A stretch of 62,673 bases of DNA, counting the filler, from Rhabdomonas costata (Eukaryota): the NCBI GenBank assembly GCA_019059605.1. It is 30 parts of 30 records of this genome, joined end to end, with 100 filler letters (N's around TTAATTAATTAA, not from the genome) between each part and the next. Parts side by side here need not be neighbours in the genome. Positions count along the whole stretch, not along the records: positions 35,587 to 37,576 come from JAHMHO010006646.1; positions 37,677 to 39,670 come from JAHMHO010006647.1; positions 39,771 to 41,762 come from JAHMHO010006648.1; positions 41,863 to 43,854 come from JAHMHO010006649.1; positions 43,955 to 45,946 come from JAHMHO010006650.1; positions 46,047 to 48,036 come from JAHMHO010006651.1; positions 48,137 to 50,127 come from JAHMHO010006652.1; 23 more parts are not named here. One strand, written 5' to 3'. How positions within the stretch are numbered: position 1 is the stretch's first letter; every line of letters starts with the position of its first letter. Shown here in pieces: positions 36,799 to 50,227 of the stretch. The notes under the pieces are model-generated. The model saw only the letters and a program-made list of their open reading frames with translations. It ran no database searches and was not told the origin of the DNA. Made by a program: the position numbers and the translations under genes.

Positions 36799-39700
36799 TG
36801 TGGGTGTGTGTGTGGCGCATAGCACGCTAGCCTAATCGTCAGTTGGGGACCGCTGTGGACTGACGGGGGGCATGTGCTGTTGTTCACATTGTGCTCGCTA
36901 GAGACCTTCCGACCTGCCGTGGGGTTCCACATGCGGTAGCCCTTGTGCCCATGGATGCCAAGCCTTCCGCAGCTGCCTTTTTCCACCGGCTACCCCCAGA
37001 GCGTGAGAGTATTTCTTGTTAGCTAGCTAGCTAGTCAGTTAGTTAGTGTGTGTGTGTGCGTGTGTGTTTGCGTGCGCGGCCCGCCCGAATGTATGTCCCT
37101 GGTGATGAAGGTGGAAGAGCAAAAGGCACCCGAAAAGGCTCTGCCAGGCGGAACCAGCCGCCAAGAGGAGGGAAAGCGGGGTGTTCTGGTTGCTCGGACG
37201 TTTCCTCCCCGGTCTGGTTGTGTGTGTGGGTGTGCAAAAGGGTGATGGGTGAGTTGTCCTCATCGTGAAGGCTAACTTCAAGGCCGCTCCGGCCATTCCG
37301 CAGGAACCCCACGTGCAGGTGCCTTTTGCAGGAACAGAATTAGGAAAGGATGCAGAGATGAGAATAAAGGGAGGCGCAGCACGCCTGCTTCCTAAGCTCC
37401 TCCGAGTTGCGCAGGACCGGCTCCAGCAGGGCCTCCACGCCGACAGCCTGCGACGGAGGCTGCCAGTGCTGCAGCTGCAGCTGCAGCTGCATACAACACA
37501 AACGGATTACGAGAGAAACGTGGAAAGGCGACCAGCACGCTGACCGCTCCGCGTGTACAACCCGGTAACCCACCACNNNNNNNNNNNNNNNNNNNNNNNN
37601 NNNNNNNNNNNNNNNNNNNNTTAATTAATTAANNNNNNNNNNNNNNNNNNNNNNNNNNNNNNNNNNNNNNNNNNNNGGGGGTGGGGGGGGAACGTCTGGT
37701 CTCACCCCCGGTAGTATAGGTGTGGAGATGGGAAACACACAAAAATGAAAAAAAAACACGCAAAAATGAGAAACATTGTTTTGCCGATTTGGTGGTGGTC
37801 CTACGTATGACTGGCGCACACAAGAATGATGTCAACATCGAAAACATGCACGCACGCACACACACAACACACACACACACACCAGCAATGGTGGCTGGCA
37901 ACAAGGTCAGTTTATGTTATGTACGACCTGGTTCTGTTGCACAGAAAATACCCAACCGAACGTTTAGCACGGGCGGGCTTCTTGTGTCTCCCAGCCCCCT
38001 TCGCCCCCGCTCTCAAAATTGAGGACAGACGTCAGACGACACTTTGCGGATTTCTTGGTTCCTTTTTGTCCGAGAGTCTCCTTTCTCCCCTCGGAGGGCA
38101 CCCAAAAACTGGACAACGCAAAGCTCGCAGGACAGGTGGTGTACAGTGTGGCGAGATACCCAACAGGCTGTGCACCCTTCTGCGCGACATCCCAGACAGC
38201 CGAGCTAAAAGGTTGTTCTCGTTCCCGGGAAGGTCGAAGAATCCGGTGTCCTGGTACGGCAGAGCGCGGAACAGCTGCTGGCGCAGGGTGGTGGTGAGCT
38301 TCTCCCCGGCTTAGGAGAAGCAGCCAATCTTTACGCAGATCACGTTCATCATCAGAGCCATTTTGAAGTGAAGAACAGAAAGCAAAAGCAAAACAAGCAA
38401 AAGGTCGGGTCGGGTCGGGTCGGAGGGGAAACCGAACATATTGGGCGCTCCGTCTTCTACACTATTCTGTGATGGTTGCTTTATTTTGCGTGCACGCGAG
38501 ACGAGAGAAACATCTTCATCAGGGAAGCAAACGTGGACAACAAAAGAACAAAGCGTCGCGTGCCCCCAGCCTTCAAGTTACTCAGCATGCTCGCGAGAGG
38601 TACCGTTGGAGAGAACAGTGCCGTGAGGTACCGCTCACCGCAGAGCGTTCCGCATAGGGTTACTCTCTTCTGCCGCGGTCCCAGGCCTTTGTCGCGCAGT
38701 TGCTTTTTACCAACGACTACCCCGACTGCTCCATTGCTGGGGCACGGATAACTCCTTACTCAAAAGCACGCTTCCCAAGCAAGTTGGCCAGCTCTAGACG
38801 ATTCCCTCTGCTGGTCCCTACACTCCGCCACACTCCCGTCCCGGTTCGAGATCGCTGGAAAAAAACGAGAAATGCCACCTTGGGTGTAGTGTATATCTTG
38901 TTGGGCATTCTTTAGTCCTGGTTTCCTCTTGACAACTTGGAATCTGGTTTTACTCCCCCTACTCAGCCAAGACACCGAATGCCAACCAAGAACCAACAGA
39001 ACCAAACAAGCACAACTACAACTCCCAGAACAACCACCAATACCGAACCAAGAAACTCCCCAAAAAAGATGCCACTACCTGAAGAATACCACAACTAAGA
39101 AATACCAACCGAAGAAGGACAACACGAAGAAGGCTCAGATAGTCGGTGTAACCAGTATACATATATGTAAAATACCGTATACCTAATTACGCCGATCGTC
39201 TCACTTGGTAAACCACTCAAAGATGTGCGCGGTAAAATGAGGAGGAGGGAGGGGTTGCTCAAGAAATACACCAAATTAGGATATCTGCTGTCACGTGTGG
39301 AAATGAATGATTTGCCGTTGTGTTTTGTCATCATGAGTGTTTGTATTTCCATGTCTTCATTAAAAATCTTGAGTACCAAGTAAACGGCGAACATTTTCTT
39401 TGTCTTTTGTCAGCTATAGCTGACTCTCTCTGGGTGGTTCAAGTGAAACAGCCGCCAATTTCGTTTTGCACATAGTAGTCACGCGCTGATCCGTCAACTG
39501 CATGACAAGCACACTCAAGAGAGTGATGGTTCCCCGTTTTCGTTGGTTGCTTGGCATGGCGCGCCCTTGGGGGGTTCAGGAGATTTATGTACTTGCATCA
39601 CACGTGCACGTTAAAACTTCAAGTGGGGTGAAGTGCGACCCTACTAGAGTGGTAATCCAGTCCCGCCAACNNNNNNNNNNNNNNNNNNNNNNNNNNNNNN

Positions 39701-39932
39701 NNNNNNNNNNNNNNTTAATTAATTAANNNNNNNNNNNNNNNNNNNNNNNNNNNNNNNNNNNNNNNNNNNNGTGTTGGGTTGTTTGGGGGGGGGTGTATAT
39801 GCATGCAATGAGTTTTAAACCTTTTCATGTTACTGAGGCGAAGAAGGACGTGTTCTGCCGTTGCAGTGTACCGTGCTACATGCGTGTCTGTGCCCCTGTC
39901 TGTGGGGGGAGCGGGGTCGAGCGCGCGCACAC

Positions 39933-41507
39933 CCGCTCGCAGTGGTCCACGGTAACCAGGCGGGCCACCACCCCCAGGACAATCGTGCACTGGGTGCACC
40001 CGAAGATCGCCACGTGGTGTAGCGGATGCAGCAGGTACACGGTGGACTTTTGGGACCAGGACACACAAAAAAATGCACGCACGCGCAGTGAAACAACATG
40101 GTTGGTTACATCAGATTTTTCGGATCCTGCCTTTGTCACATCAGGGTTGCACCGACCTCAAACTTCAAAGTAGGGGAGTTCAATTCAAAGTCAACAGATC
40201 AAAGTCTAATGTCATGACCGGAGCAAAAAAGTCGAAAATATAAGGAGATTCTTAAAAAATGGTCCAAATTTTAGCGTCGAAGTTCAGAGTTCAAAGTTCA
40301 AATTTAGGGCAGTTCAAATTCAATTCAAAGTTCAATGCAACCTTGGTCACATACTGACGTATCAGGGACTGAACCTTTCTCAAAACCTCAAACAAACCTC
40401 TCAAACCTCTCAACCTCAACCTCTTTTCTCGCTGGCTCTCTCACCAGTCACCAGCCCTCCGTACCCCGCAAAACGGTGTGCTACCAATTGCTGTCTAAAC
40501 CCCGTCTCGTTATGTATGTGTGTGTGAAGGGGGAGAGGGGTGAATGGCACCTGGTGGTTGCAGAAGATCCGCGCCAGCTTCAGCCTGGGGTTGCGGTCCT
40601 GCGCAGTGCGCACGACCATCGCCTTGGCCAGACCGCTCACCGAGGCCACGGCGCACATCGCTTCCCCAGCATCCGGCTGACGCAGACGCAAAATTCCACC
40701 GTGTGTGTGTGCAAGCGCGCGGGGGTCATTTATGTGCATGCGCGCGCGGGTCATTTGTGTGCATGCGCGCACAAATCCCAACGTAGTCGTAGCTGAACGC
40801 ATGCGCCACTTCTCGAGGCTTTTCATGTGCGCAAGAATCGTGCATGATATCAACCACACCGCACATCCATGCTCGCCCGATTGTGCCTTCTTTGAAACCC
40901 ACAAACCCGAGACAACAGTCTCGGCTGCGGACTAGTGCGGTTGTTATTGTCGATAAAGGGAAGTGGCTGCGTTGTTTCAGATCCCTTGGCAGGGTTTGGA
41001 GCAGTTTTGCAAGTTGTGAGGCCTACCACGATTGGGCAACAAAAAATGGAACGGTACTTTCTCTGGCTCGCAAGGAAATAACACCTTGTTGCTTTGCTGA
41101 GGCTGCTCGCGGTGGGCATCTGAGAGCCCCATTCATGCCTCACATGCATTTCATGCCATAATTTTGCCGGAGGTAATCAACATCCTTTCCTTTACAAGGT
41201 GGAGGAGAGCAAACAGAACCTCAACGGGCATCACCTCACCTCATCAAAGCCGTTTTGCTTGTGTCTGGAGCCGCGGGAGTCCGAATGCAGTGCAATTCGA
41301 AGCAAAAGTGACGGCACCCACCTGCTGGGGAGTGGAGGGCAGTGCGCCAGGAGGGGTGGAGGCCGCGCCCGAGGGCCACACTACCCTGGGCGAGGAGCGG
41401 GCCGTGGGCAGCTCAAGAGCAGGGAACAACGTTGTGTTGGGCCCCAGCCGCTGCAGAAGAAACCCCTGCACCACTGGGATCTCCACCGCCGAGGCCGCAG
41501 AGTCTCC
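39933..41507 (-). CDS. TBCCD1: TBCC domain-containing protein (TBCCD1-like), partial
   Basis: Exons 41507-41322, 40676-40551 and 40046-39933: VSGLAKAMVV...RIFCNHQSTVYLLHPLHHVAIFGCTQCTIVLGVVARLVTVDHCER, the TBCC/CARP beta-helix. Confidence 0.82.
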
Positions 41508-43034
41508 CTGCGCCCCCCGTCCCCCTCGGACCACCAGTGAACAAAGGCGGAACAGTTGCGTGTGGCTGTGAGAGTGGTGAGTCTGGAAACGTCGAGTCTG
41601 GAAACGTCGTGCAAGAGCAATATGCCGTCCAACAGGTGGGCAATCAGTTTGAAACCCTACCCTACCGTAAAAATTTTATTAATGCATCATGAAGCAGGTC
41701 CATTAATAGTTGATCCATTATTTCGGTTGTCTGGGCCGCAGGTGGTCCTCTGTGATCCATTTNNNNNNNNNNNNNNNNNNNNNNNNNNNNNNNNNNNNNN
41801 NNNNNNTTAATTAATTAANNNNNNNNNNNNNNNNNNNNNNNNNNNNNNNNNNNNNNNNNNNNGGGGGGTGGGATGTGCAATGGCAAGTGAGGTTTGCAAG
41901 TTTGTCTTTCAACTTCTGTGAAACCCGTCCTCAGGTCCTTGCCAAGTGGCAGTGGGCCTACTCCACCTCCGATGACCCAGCCTGCGTACGTTCCCGCTGC
42001 CCATGGCAAAGGTGTGGCTCCGCGCTTTTCTGAACCCCAGGGTATGTTAACGAGGCAGAGCACAAGGCAGGGTTCTCCCCTTTTCGCATTGGCATAAGCG
42101 CAAAGGAAAATCTAAAATGAAACTACGTAAACATTGAAAATATTTATCAAAGAACTCTCCTTGGAATCTTTTTTTCCTTGACTTGGGAACAGTTGTGTCT
42201 GTCTATTTGCGTTTGCATATGTTTGTGCGATGCAAAGACAGAATCGAAACACTTGAAGTAGAGTGATGATGGAAAGAAATGAAAAGCTGCCCCTAACCTG
42301 AGACGCACGCAGCCTGGGTGCTCGCACGGAGGGTTCTATAGCTCTGTTGTTAGAAGTGGGGTGCCGGATCACCAGACAACAGGCCAAGACGCTCCGCCTG
42401 CCCCACGTGTCCCAGGCTTATGTACAAAAACCCGCGAAAGAAACTCAGCGTCCTCCCCCACCCGGCGCCCAGCACTGGGGCGAGAAACCCTTGTCGGAGT
42501 GTAGTGCATGCATTTCTCCACTCCCTACCCAGAATGCTGGGAAGAAGTGCAAACAACCGCCCATTCTGCGGCGGCACACGCACAACTCATCAACTGTGCA
42601 CCCCTCAAGCGGCCGCAAGAACCACCGCAACTCAACCCAGAGCGTTGCTGGTGAGAACACCCAGCCACTACCGGCAGGCATGCAACTCACCCAACTACAC
42701 GCGCAGGAACTCGCGCCCCTGGTCCGAGGAGCAAGGGGGACCGGTGCCGAGGCAACCCAAAGCCCCGCACGCACATCACCACGCAGGGTGGGTGGGGGCA
42801 CACTCCGAGCAATACATACACTCTGGCAAAGACAACATGCCCCAAAGTTCCACTCGTGAGGGGCCGTAAAAAAGATATCGTTTACCAACCCACAGGGACG
42901 ATCTTCTCTGTTTTGTTCTGTGGGCATTCATTTTGCCCCTGTGTGTTCCTTTGCACACGTCTGGTGTGCGGCTGTGTCTGGAAGTTGGAGTGCTGACGTT
43001 GCTTGGTCCATCTTTCTGCTTCTCCGTACCAAAA

Positions 43035-43602
43035 GGTGTTACTGTGATGGCCGACGATAAGATCAAGGCACTGATGAAGCTGATGACTCCCGACCAGGTT
43101 TTTGTCGTGACAATGCTGAAAACGTTTGCTGTGACACGTATTTAGGTGTGGGTCACACTGTCGTTGAAACGCTCTGCTGCAGTGCTTACATTTCATGAGG
43201 TCGCCCACAGTGCAGGCTTTCGTTTCCCGTTTTTTTTCAGCTGAAGGCTGTCACGCAGGACCGCATTCCTCCAGAAAAGCTGATGCGCCAGAACCGCCCG
43301 GAGGGCCGCGAGGGCATGGACGAAGACATGCCCTCCTCTCAGCAGCAGTACCAGCAGCGCCGTGCCTACCGCGACAAAGTCTTCCCCCCGTCCCCCCATC
43401 CCCTCTGCCCATATTCTTCCCATACTAACTGGGCTTTTTGAGGGCGTTTTCTCGTTGTGTTGTGGGCCCTCCACCTAGCCTGCGTGGTGTGGTCCCGTTC
43501 TTTGCTGCTTTTCTCTTCCCCTCAGGCTCACTATGATGCCAGAGAGGGTCGCTATGGCGGTGGCCGGGGCGGAGACCGACCCCGCCGAGAGAGCCCTCGA
43601 AG
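43035..43602 (+). CDS. Hypothetical protein exons with an Arg/Gly-rich segment
   Basis: Exons ~43035-43097, 43241-~43378 and 43526-~43602: DDKIKALMKLMTPDQ|LKAVTQDRIPPEKLMRQ...|AHYDAREGRYGGGRGGDRPRRESPRR. Confidence 0.5.
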
Positions 43603-43954
43603 GGTGACGCACTTGCGCTCCCTCTTATATTCGCGGAAGGCTACTGTGGTGCAGTTTTGACTTTTTGGCTGCGGATTTTCTGAAATTATGCGAGTGATTG
43701 AGTGCTGCTTCTTTCCCCAGCGCAGCGGAGGGTTTGCCGACAGCACCCGCAACGTATGCACAAAAACCCACCTGTCTGAGTGATTGAGTAGATCAGCAAG
43801 CACATGGCGTTATTCGGCTCTTGTTTTTGGACATCGTTTTTTGCAGTGTGCATGNNNNNNNNNNNNNNNNNNNNNNNNNNNNNNNNNNNNNNNNNNNNTT
43901 AATTAATTAANNNNNNNNNNNNNNNNNNNNNNNNNNNNNNNNNNNNNNNNNNNN

Positions 43955-45650
43955 GGGGTTTGGGTGACCGGTGATGCTACGTCACTCAAGTCTATGCACT
44001 GACGTCGACTAGGATACGTGGGGTGAGCCATACAGTAACCCTCTGAGGCTCTGCTGTCATGGCCCCACAGTTGTGTTGTGCTGACTATCGGAGCCACCGG
44101 CAGTCGTGGGAGGAGACCACCCATAGTAGCGCCCAACTCACTTAGGATGAGGCCCAACATCCGACCTGTGGAGTTGTTACCGGTAGTGGTGACGATGCGT
44201 AAAGGCACACACCTGTACTGTCGCTGCCACTACTCACACCAACAGCCCGAACCACCCCACGTTGATGTTGATGCTGTACGTCATGACCACCATGCGTACC
44301 TCCTTACGGTGGAACCACCACAGGAGTGGCGACGTTGATGCGTAGGACATACTGCAGTGGCTCCGGGACCCTCCTCCCTACTGGGAGGGATCGTGGTGAT
44401 GGAAGGGACACAACGTAACGAACCACCCCAGGGTTGGGACGATGCGAACAGGGCCACTCTTCCACGCTGCGCTCCACCTCCACTCAACCCACCGATGCAG
44501 AGGATGATGGAGAGGACCACCGTACCCTCCACTCCACCAGCCCAACCAAGGGACGTGATAGAGTGAGAGGAAGGACGCATGGCAGGAACCGGGAGCAGAG
44601 GCTGATTGCATGACCATGACAGAGGTGACACCCTGATGCAATGGGCCATGCTAACCCTACATCTTCTACGCGTAATTCTACCGCTAGGATGCATGAAGGG
44701 ATGCTGCTGATGTTAGGGATGATGCTGATGTCAGAAGGTATATCAGCATGCATTCCTACCTGCGGTGCCTTTCACTCTCTACTACGGATGGCTCCCTCGC
44801 TACGCTCAATCCCATCCTTCGTCCACCCTGAGCATAACCCTCACTCAGGTATTCCACTCAGGCTACGCCAGGTCAGAACGAGTGGAAGCACCTTGGTGGT
44901 GGAAGGAGTGGAGAGACACGTATAATTGATGTTAATGGGTAGTCTTTCTTCTTTCTTCCTTCTTCATGAGTTGAGGGGTTGAAGGGCCCCACGCATGTCA
45001 AGGGGTGATGGATGTAGGGATGATGCCTAGATGAGTGTAAGGGAGATGGAGATGACGGAGGGTGTGGGGCCCCCTTGTATTTGCTGGTCGTTCGCTACGC
45101 TCACTCCCTAAATGTAGTGGTTCATGCACTCCTGCGGCCTAAGCCGCATGCTCTCTACTACCTCCTACTACGCATGGTCCACTGCGCACCCATGCTACGT
45201 AATGCAAAGGGCCATCTTACGAATACACCCCTAGAGAGAGAGAGAGAGTGTGTGTGTGTAAGAGAGAGGGAGGTCTCACGGAGTGAGGCCGACCGGTAAG
45301 AGTGACATTCCTACTCCGCTAAGCTTCGTGTCATCCTTCCTCCTACTACGCGATGCCTTGACATCGCTACGTATCAGTGAAAGGGCTCCGCAGGAATAAA
45401 AAACCTTCCTGAGTTCAAGGGTAAGATGTTGAAGAGTCGTCACATTCACACTCGGCATCTTGGTTGCCTCCTGTTCATGTTCCTTGCATATTGGTCGTGG
45501 TCACTTCGTTCCTCCTCCACCTTTCTATCGATCACGTTACCATGGTTCACTCCCCGACATAGGTCGGTACGTTCACTGTTCACTCGGTCACATTCACACT
45601 CGTCCTCCTGTTCATGTTCCTTCATGTTCGTGTTCCTTACGCGTGCTCTG
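43955..45650. repeat. Member of an unclassified repeat/element family (homologous to 58591-60582, opposite strand)
   Basis: 43963-43990 matches the reverse complement of 59242-59269 at 26/28. Further collinear blocks at 44176/59196 and 44221/59122. Internal direct repeat at 45439/45587. Confidence 0.6.
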
Positions 45651-46476
45651 CGGCCGCCGCGTATCTCGAGAAGCTTAGGAGAACCAAAAACTTCACAAAT
45701 TCAAGCAAACCTTTGAAACGTCGACGTATGTTTTCAATGGTCCACTACCGCGAGACAACTTACCCACGATCGTCCTCGACTGCCCTGGACTGCGTCGTTT
45801 ACCTTTGTACCCAAATCCAGCAGCACGTTAAGGAAATTTCGTCCAAATGGGAGGTCGACTGCCGAATGACGCCTGCTTAGATCCCTGATTATCAAAACCA
45901 GAAAAAAGACCGAAAACAACAATAATGCGATCTTGGTTCAATGCCGNNNNNNNNNNNNNNNNNNNNNNNNNNNNNNNNNNNNNNNNNNNNTTAATTAATT
46001 AANNNNNNNNNNNNNNNNNNNNNNNNNNNNNNNNNNNNNNNNNNNNGTGTTGGGTGTGTGTGGGTTGTGTGGGACACCGTTCGGTAACACATCGCCGAAG
46101 CTCAGAAGCCGCGGATACGGCGCCAGAGGCCGGTGGTAAAAGAGGAAAGACGACTGCAAGCAAACTGGGCAGAATTGTAGGACCTGACCGTCGGCAGCTG
46201 TGTGAATGTGTGGGGTAGCATGGAAAGTTGCTGTGATTGCTGTGATTACGGATAAAAAAGGAATTTCCCGTCTCGCAATGAACAAGTCGCACGAAGGGAA
46301 ACAACATCCGCTTTCCAATCGCCTGAAACCTCATTATCACCAAGAATTTGTGGCATTCTGGGAATATTTAACATTTCATCACACCAGCATACGTAAAGAC
46401 TTGGAACACTTAAGAAAACACCTCCGAAAAGGCAAGCGTGAATAATTCTACGTTGTCCTTCCTCAGAGTAGCGCAC

Positions 46477-47270
46477 CTCGTCACGGTGGTGATTGGCCAG
46501 AATCCGCTGGGCGGCTGCAAGCTCGGCCTTAGCCTCGACAAGGTACCCCGCGAGCTTTCTCACGTCAGTCTCATCTGGATACTGCCGAAATTCCTCTGAG
46601 GCCAACAGCAGAGGCAACAACAACAACCCATCCTTTCAGAAATATTCAGCTTTATTTGAACCCACCTTCACTTGTACAGAGGGTGCTTACAGGCATGCTT
46701 ACTCGGTCCGTCTGTCGATAATCCTTGCTGAATCAGTCACCTGTGTTTTTTGGTTGATAGAGGTATATCTGCCCGTTCTCTTCTCGCAAGCCCCCATCGC
46801 CCAAAAGGAAGTACATTGATCTTACGTCTAAAACGGCTCATTTTGGAGGCCTGTCATTGATGGGACGAGGGATTGACATGCAAGAGGAGCAAAGAAAGGT
46901 CGAGGGAGGCTTAGGTAAATGGGTTGGCGGTGTGGCGGTGCATACGCCGCAGCCGATCCTCGAAGATATCCTTCAGTTCCTCGCGGTTCTCTCGCTCGCC
47001 CTTGTGCTTCACGGAGTCCGGGATCAGGGGCCACCGCGGGAGCACCCGGTGCAGGCTGCGGTACACCCGGAGCATCTCCTGGCGGTGCTTCTGCACCGCG
47101 GCCTGGGCCTGAGGAGACAGCGCGGGCTTCTTCTTCGCCACCGGGGTGGCTGGGTCAGCAGCAGAGGCCGCTGAGACCGAAGCCGAAGCTGAAACTGAAG
47201 CCGAGCGGATGAAGGACGCTGCGGGGCGCAGCCACGGCAAGGCCGCGAGGGCCTTGGGCCTCCCCAGCAT
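46477..47270 (-). CDS. Mitochondrial LYR-motif (Complex1_LYR-like) protein, partial
   Basis: ATG at 47270 with a presequence-like N-terminus (MLGRPKALAALPWLRPAASFIRS). EMLRVYRSLHR, then exon 1 ends at 46946 and splices to 46595 giving DRLRQEFRQYPDETDVRKLAGYLVEAKAEL. Confidence 0.72.
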
Positions 47271-48223
47271 AAGGACGGGCACACAGAAACAGAGTCGGTC
47301 GTGGGTGTGGTTGGCGCAGAAACAAAATAAGAGAAACGTGCTAAAAAGACTCTGAGCGGAGTATAGTGGGTGGGGAGGGGAGCAAAGATTGAGCGTCGGG
47401 AGTTTCCAAGCGGGGTGAAATGCTCTTGTGCACGTATGTGTGTGGGGACGAAGACACTGCTGTGGGAATGTGACCACAAAACAAAGAGCCATTGAATTAG
47501 GATCCGGGTTGGAACATTCCTACACCAGAGATTTCCCAACTGGCCACCAATGCGTCAGAAGCCTGCTTTAAACCTGGCTTCTCCAAAGGGCTGAGTGGCC
47601 TATCACAACATTCGGAAACTTTGGGAATAAAGAAACTCTCTTCCGTTGAACCTCGCATTCCCTGAGCCTGTGCCCAAGCTGGTAAGCTTTCGGGAAAACC
47701 TAAACAAACAGAGCCACTCTTCCCGCAGCCGCCCCAAACAGTACTGCTGGGGCACGGGCTGGCGAGAGAGCGTGCACTCTTACTGCGGGCGGGCAGGGGA
47801 GGGCGCAGACGCACTCCCACTCAAACGCTATGAATGGAAGAAATAGGATGGAAGCTGCACACACCCACACACACGGATGTATAGCGGGGAGAAAGGAAAC
47901 GCAGAAACACACGCCTCATGGATATATACCTTTCACTCAAATCGCAATCAAGCCGTCCTGACCGACCACAAACCCGCCATCACCCCTGGCTTTCTTCTTT
48001 CCTTCGCACAGCTCCCACTCCCAACCCCCCAACACANNNNNNNNNNNNNNNNNNNNNNNNNNNNNNNNNNNNNNNNNNNNTTAATTAATTAANNNNNNNN
48101 NNNNNNNNNNNNNNNNNNNNNNNNNNNNNNNNNNNNTGTGATGGGTGAGTTTGGTTTGGGGTTGACTATTGAGGCTGGACATTCTTCTCGTTTGTTTGTG
48201 TTTGCACGGGGGGGGGGGGGCAG

Positions 48224-49104
48224 ACCCAGAAGCTTCAGCGCCTGGCGACCCACTCGCTGGGGCTGCACGCCCGCTACCACCGCGGGACTCACACCAAGAC
48301 GCAGACTGCCAAGGGGACGCAGTCCGTTGAGACCCTCAGCGCCCGTGTTGAGGTCTGCTCGCTGTTTAGGGTTCACCATCCCTCACGCTGCGCATTACTG
48401 CAAGAAGTGTTCCGATCAACTTTGCCCCCACCCATTCTCTAAGATCTGACGAGGATTTTTCAAAGTGGGGTAGGGGTTAGCTTGCATTATAATTGTTCAA
48501 ACTGCTCTCTGCTCTAGAACATAGAGACTCCCGGCAAGTACAGGATGTTCCCAGTGTGGCCTCGGCCGGAGCAAGGCCCCTCTCTCTCTTCTGGCTACCT
48601 ACCGGCTCAGACCTGGTGACCAAAAAAAACGAATGGCCCGAAGAGGAGTCATCACTCATGGTTTGTGGTGATCAGAAAGATCGTGATTCATCACCGCATT
48701 TTGGATTTCAGGGCATTCCTGCACATTTTGGGCCAGGCACTCATCCCTTTTTAGTGCTCACCATCCAAATAAGACCGGAGAGAGCGAATCGTGCTGTTTG
48801 GCGCTTGTGCAGCCTCTACAGCCTCCTTTTGTTTGTTCTGGTTCCCCCAGCGTGACTCATGCAGCGGTGGGGTCATAATAATATCCATGCGCGCTTCCTT
48901 GTGCGTTTTATGACATCCAATGAATTCTCACCTTTGGCATGACGCGGAGCTTGGTTGTGTGCCAACCCCACGCCCTGCCCTCCATTCCCTCTCATTGGCT
49001 TGCGCGGATGTGGGTACCTCTTTCGTTATTCACAGGAACTTGCCGAGCAGTTTTCCAAGCTGCAGGCCCAAGTCAGCGAAGTGCTGCAGCTGGTGAAGCA
49101 CCAG
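48224..49104 (+). CDS. Hypothetical coiled-coil protein exons
   Basis: Exons 48224-48352 (...QSVETLSARVE) and 49036-49104 (ELAEQFSKLQAQVSEVLQLVKHQ) have CAG/GT boundaries. Confidence 0.45.
48480..48669 (+). repeat. Dispersed intronic repeat, copy 2 (copy 1 at 22433-22612)
   Basis: See copy 1; same blocks in the same order. Confidence 0.85.
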
Positions 49105-50227
49105 GTCTCTGTCCCGTCTTGCCGTGGCCATGTTTTGGTCTGAACATCCCGAGATAGGCCCTTGAAGTTTCGTGTTTTGGTGTTTTGGCAAGGACCCTGC
49201 CCTGTGTTTTTTCCATCCACCACAGAAAAATCAGCCGCACTCATTTGCATTTGTGTTGGCATTGAGCTGAAACTGTTTCCGAGATTAGGTCGACGTGGCC
49301 AAAGGTTAGCTTTTTTACGCTCGTGGTTGTCAGTATTTGCTACCTTTGTAAGTGCTTTTCGCGTGCTATTCGTTTGGAAAACCAATAATCATATTTCGCG
49401 AAAGGAAACGAAGGTTAAGTTTCAGGTTCAGTTTCAGTTGCTTGTATTACTCATGGTTCGCTTGAAACACTTCTTCTTGCTTCTTGCGCACTGCGGGGAC
49501 TTTTCAGTATACCTTACGGTATATACGGTATTTGGCTTGCCTGTGGTTTGTAATAACTGTCTGTCCTGACCGGAATAGAAGGCCGGTTGGTTGCGAAAGC
49601 TGAAGCTCACTCACTTCTTTTTTCTCTCGCTCAGCCCGCTTCTCCGACGTCGTGTGAGGGTTCTCCAATGCGTGGATCTGGGACCAATGTATGGCTTTCC
49701 TCCGCGTCTAATTTTCGCCAACTCTCTCTTCCTCACACAATCGATGCATTGCAACGGCGGAAACACCAACCTCGCTCAGGCCAATCGGGTAGGATAACTC
49801 GCCTGAGAACCGCTGAGCGTTCTCATTCACGTAAAGTGGGAGCAAGCCCCTCTGACTTGCGGTTCCTTCCCTAAAGCTCTTCAGCTCCGAAGGTCCAAAG
49901 ATCTGCCACCTTCCCGTGTGAGCTTGTCTCAGTGTTCTTCGCATTAGAAATGAGCAGTGTGTGTTGCATGGCAATCAAGGGGCGGTAGTGCACAGATGGG
50001 CGGATATGTGTGCATCCCGAAGCCCGTGGCTTCGAATGGATTTCGATGACGGATGAAAAAAGGTGATGTTGGGCTCGGGTTGATGGCGAAAGTCAGATGG
50101 TTACCATGGGGTTGGGTTACCCAACCCNNNNNNNNNNNNNNNNNNNNNNNNNNNNNNNNNNNNNNNNNNNNTTAATTAATTAANNNNNNNNNNNNNNNNN
50201 NNNNNNNNNNNNNNNNNNNNNNNNNNN

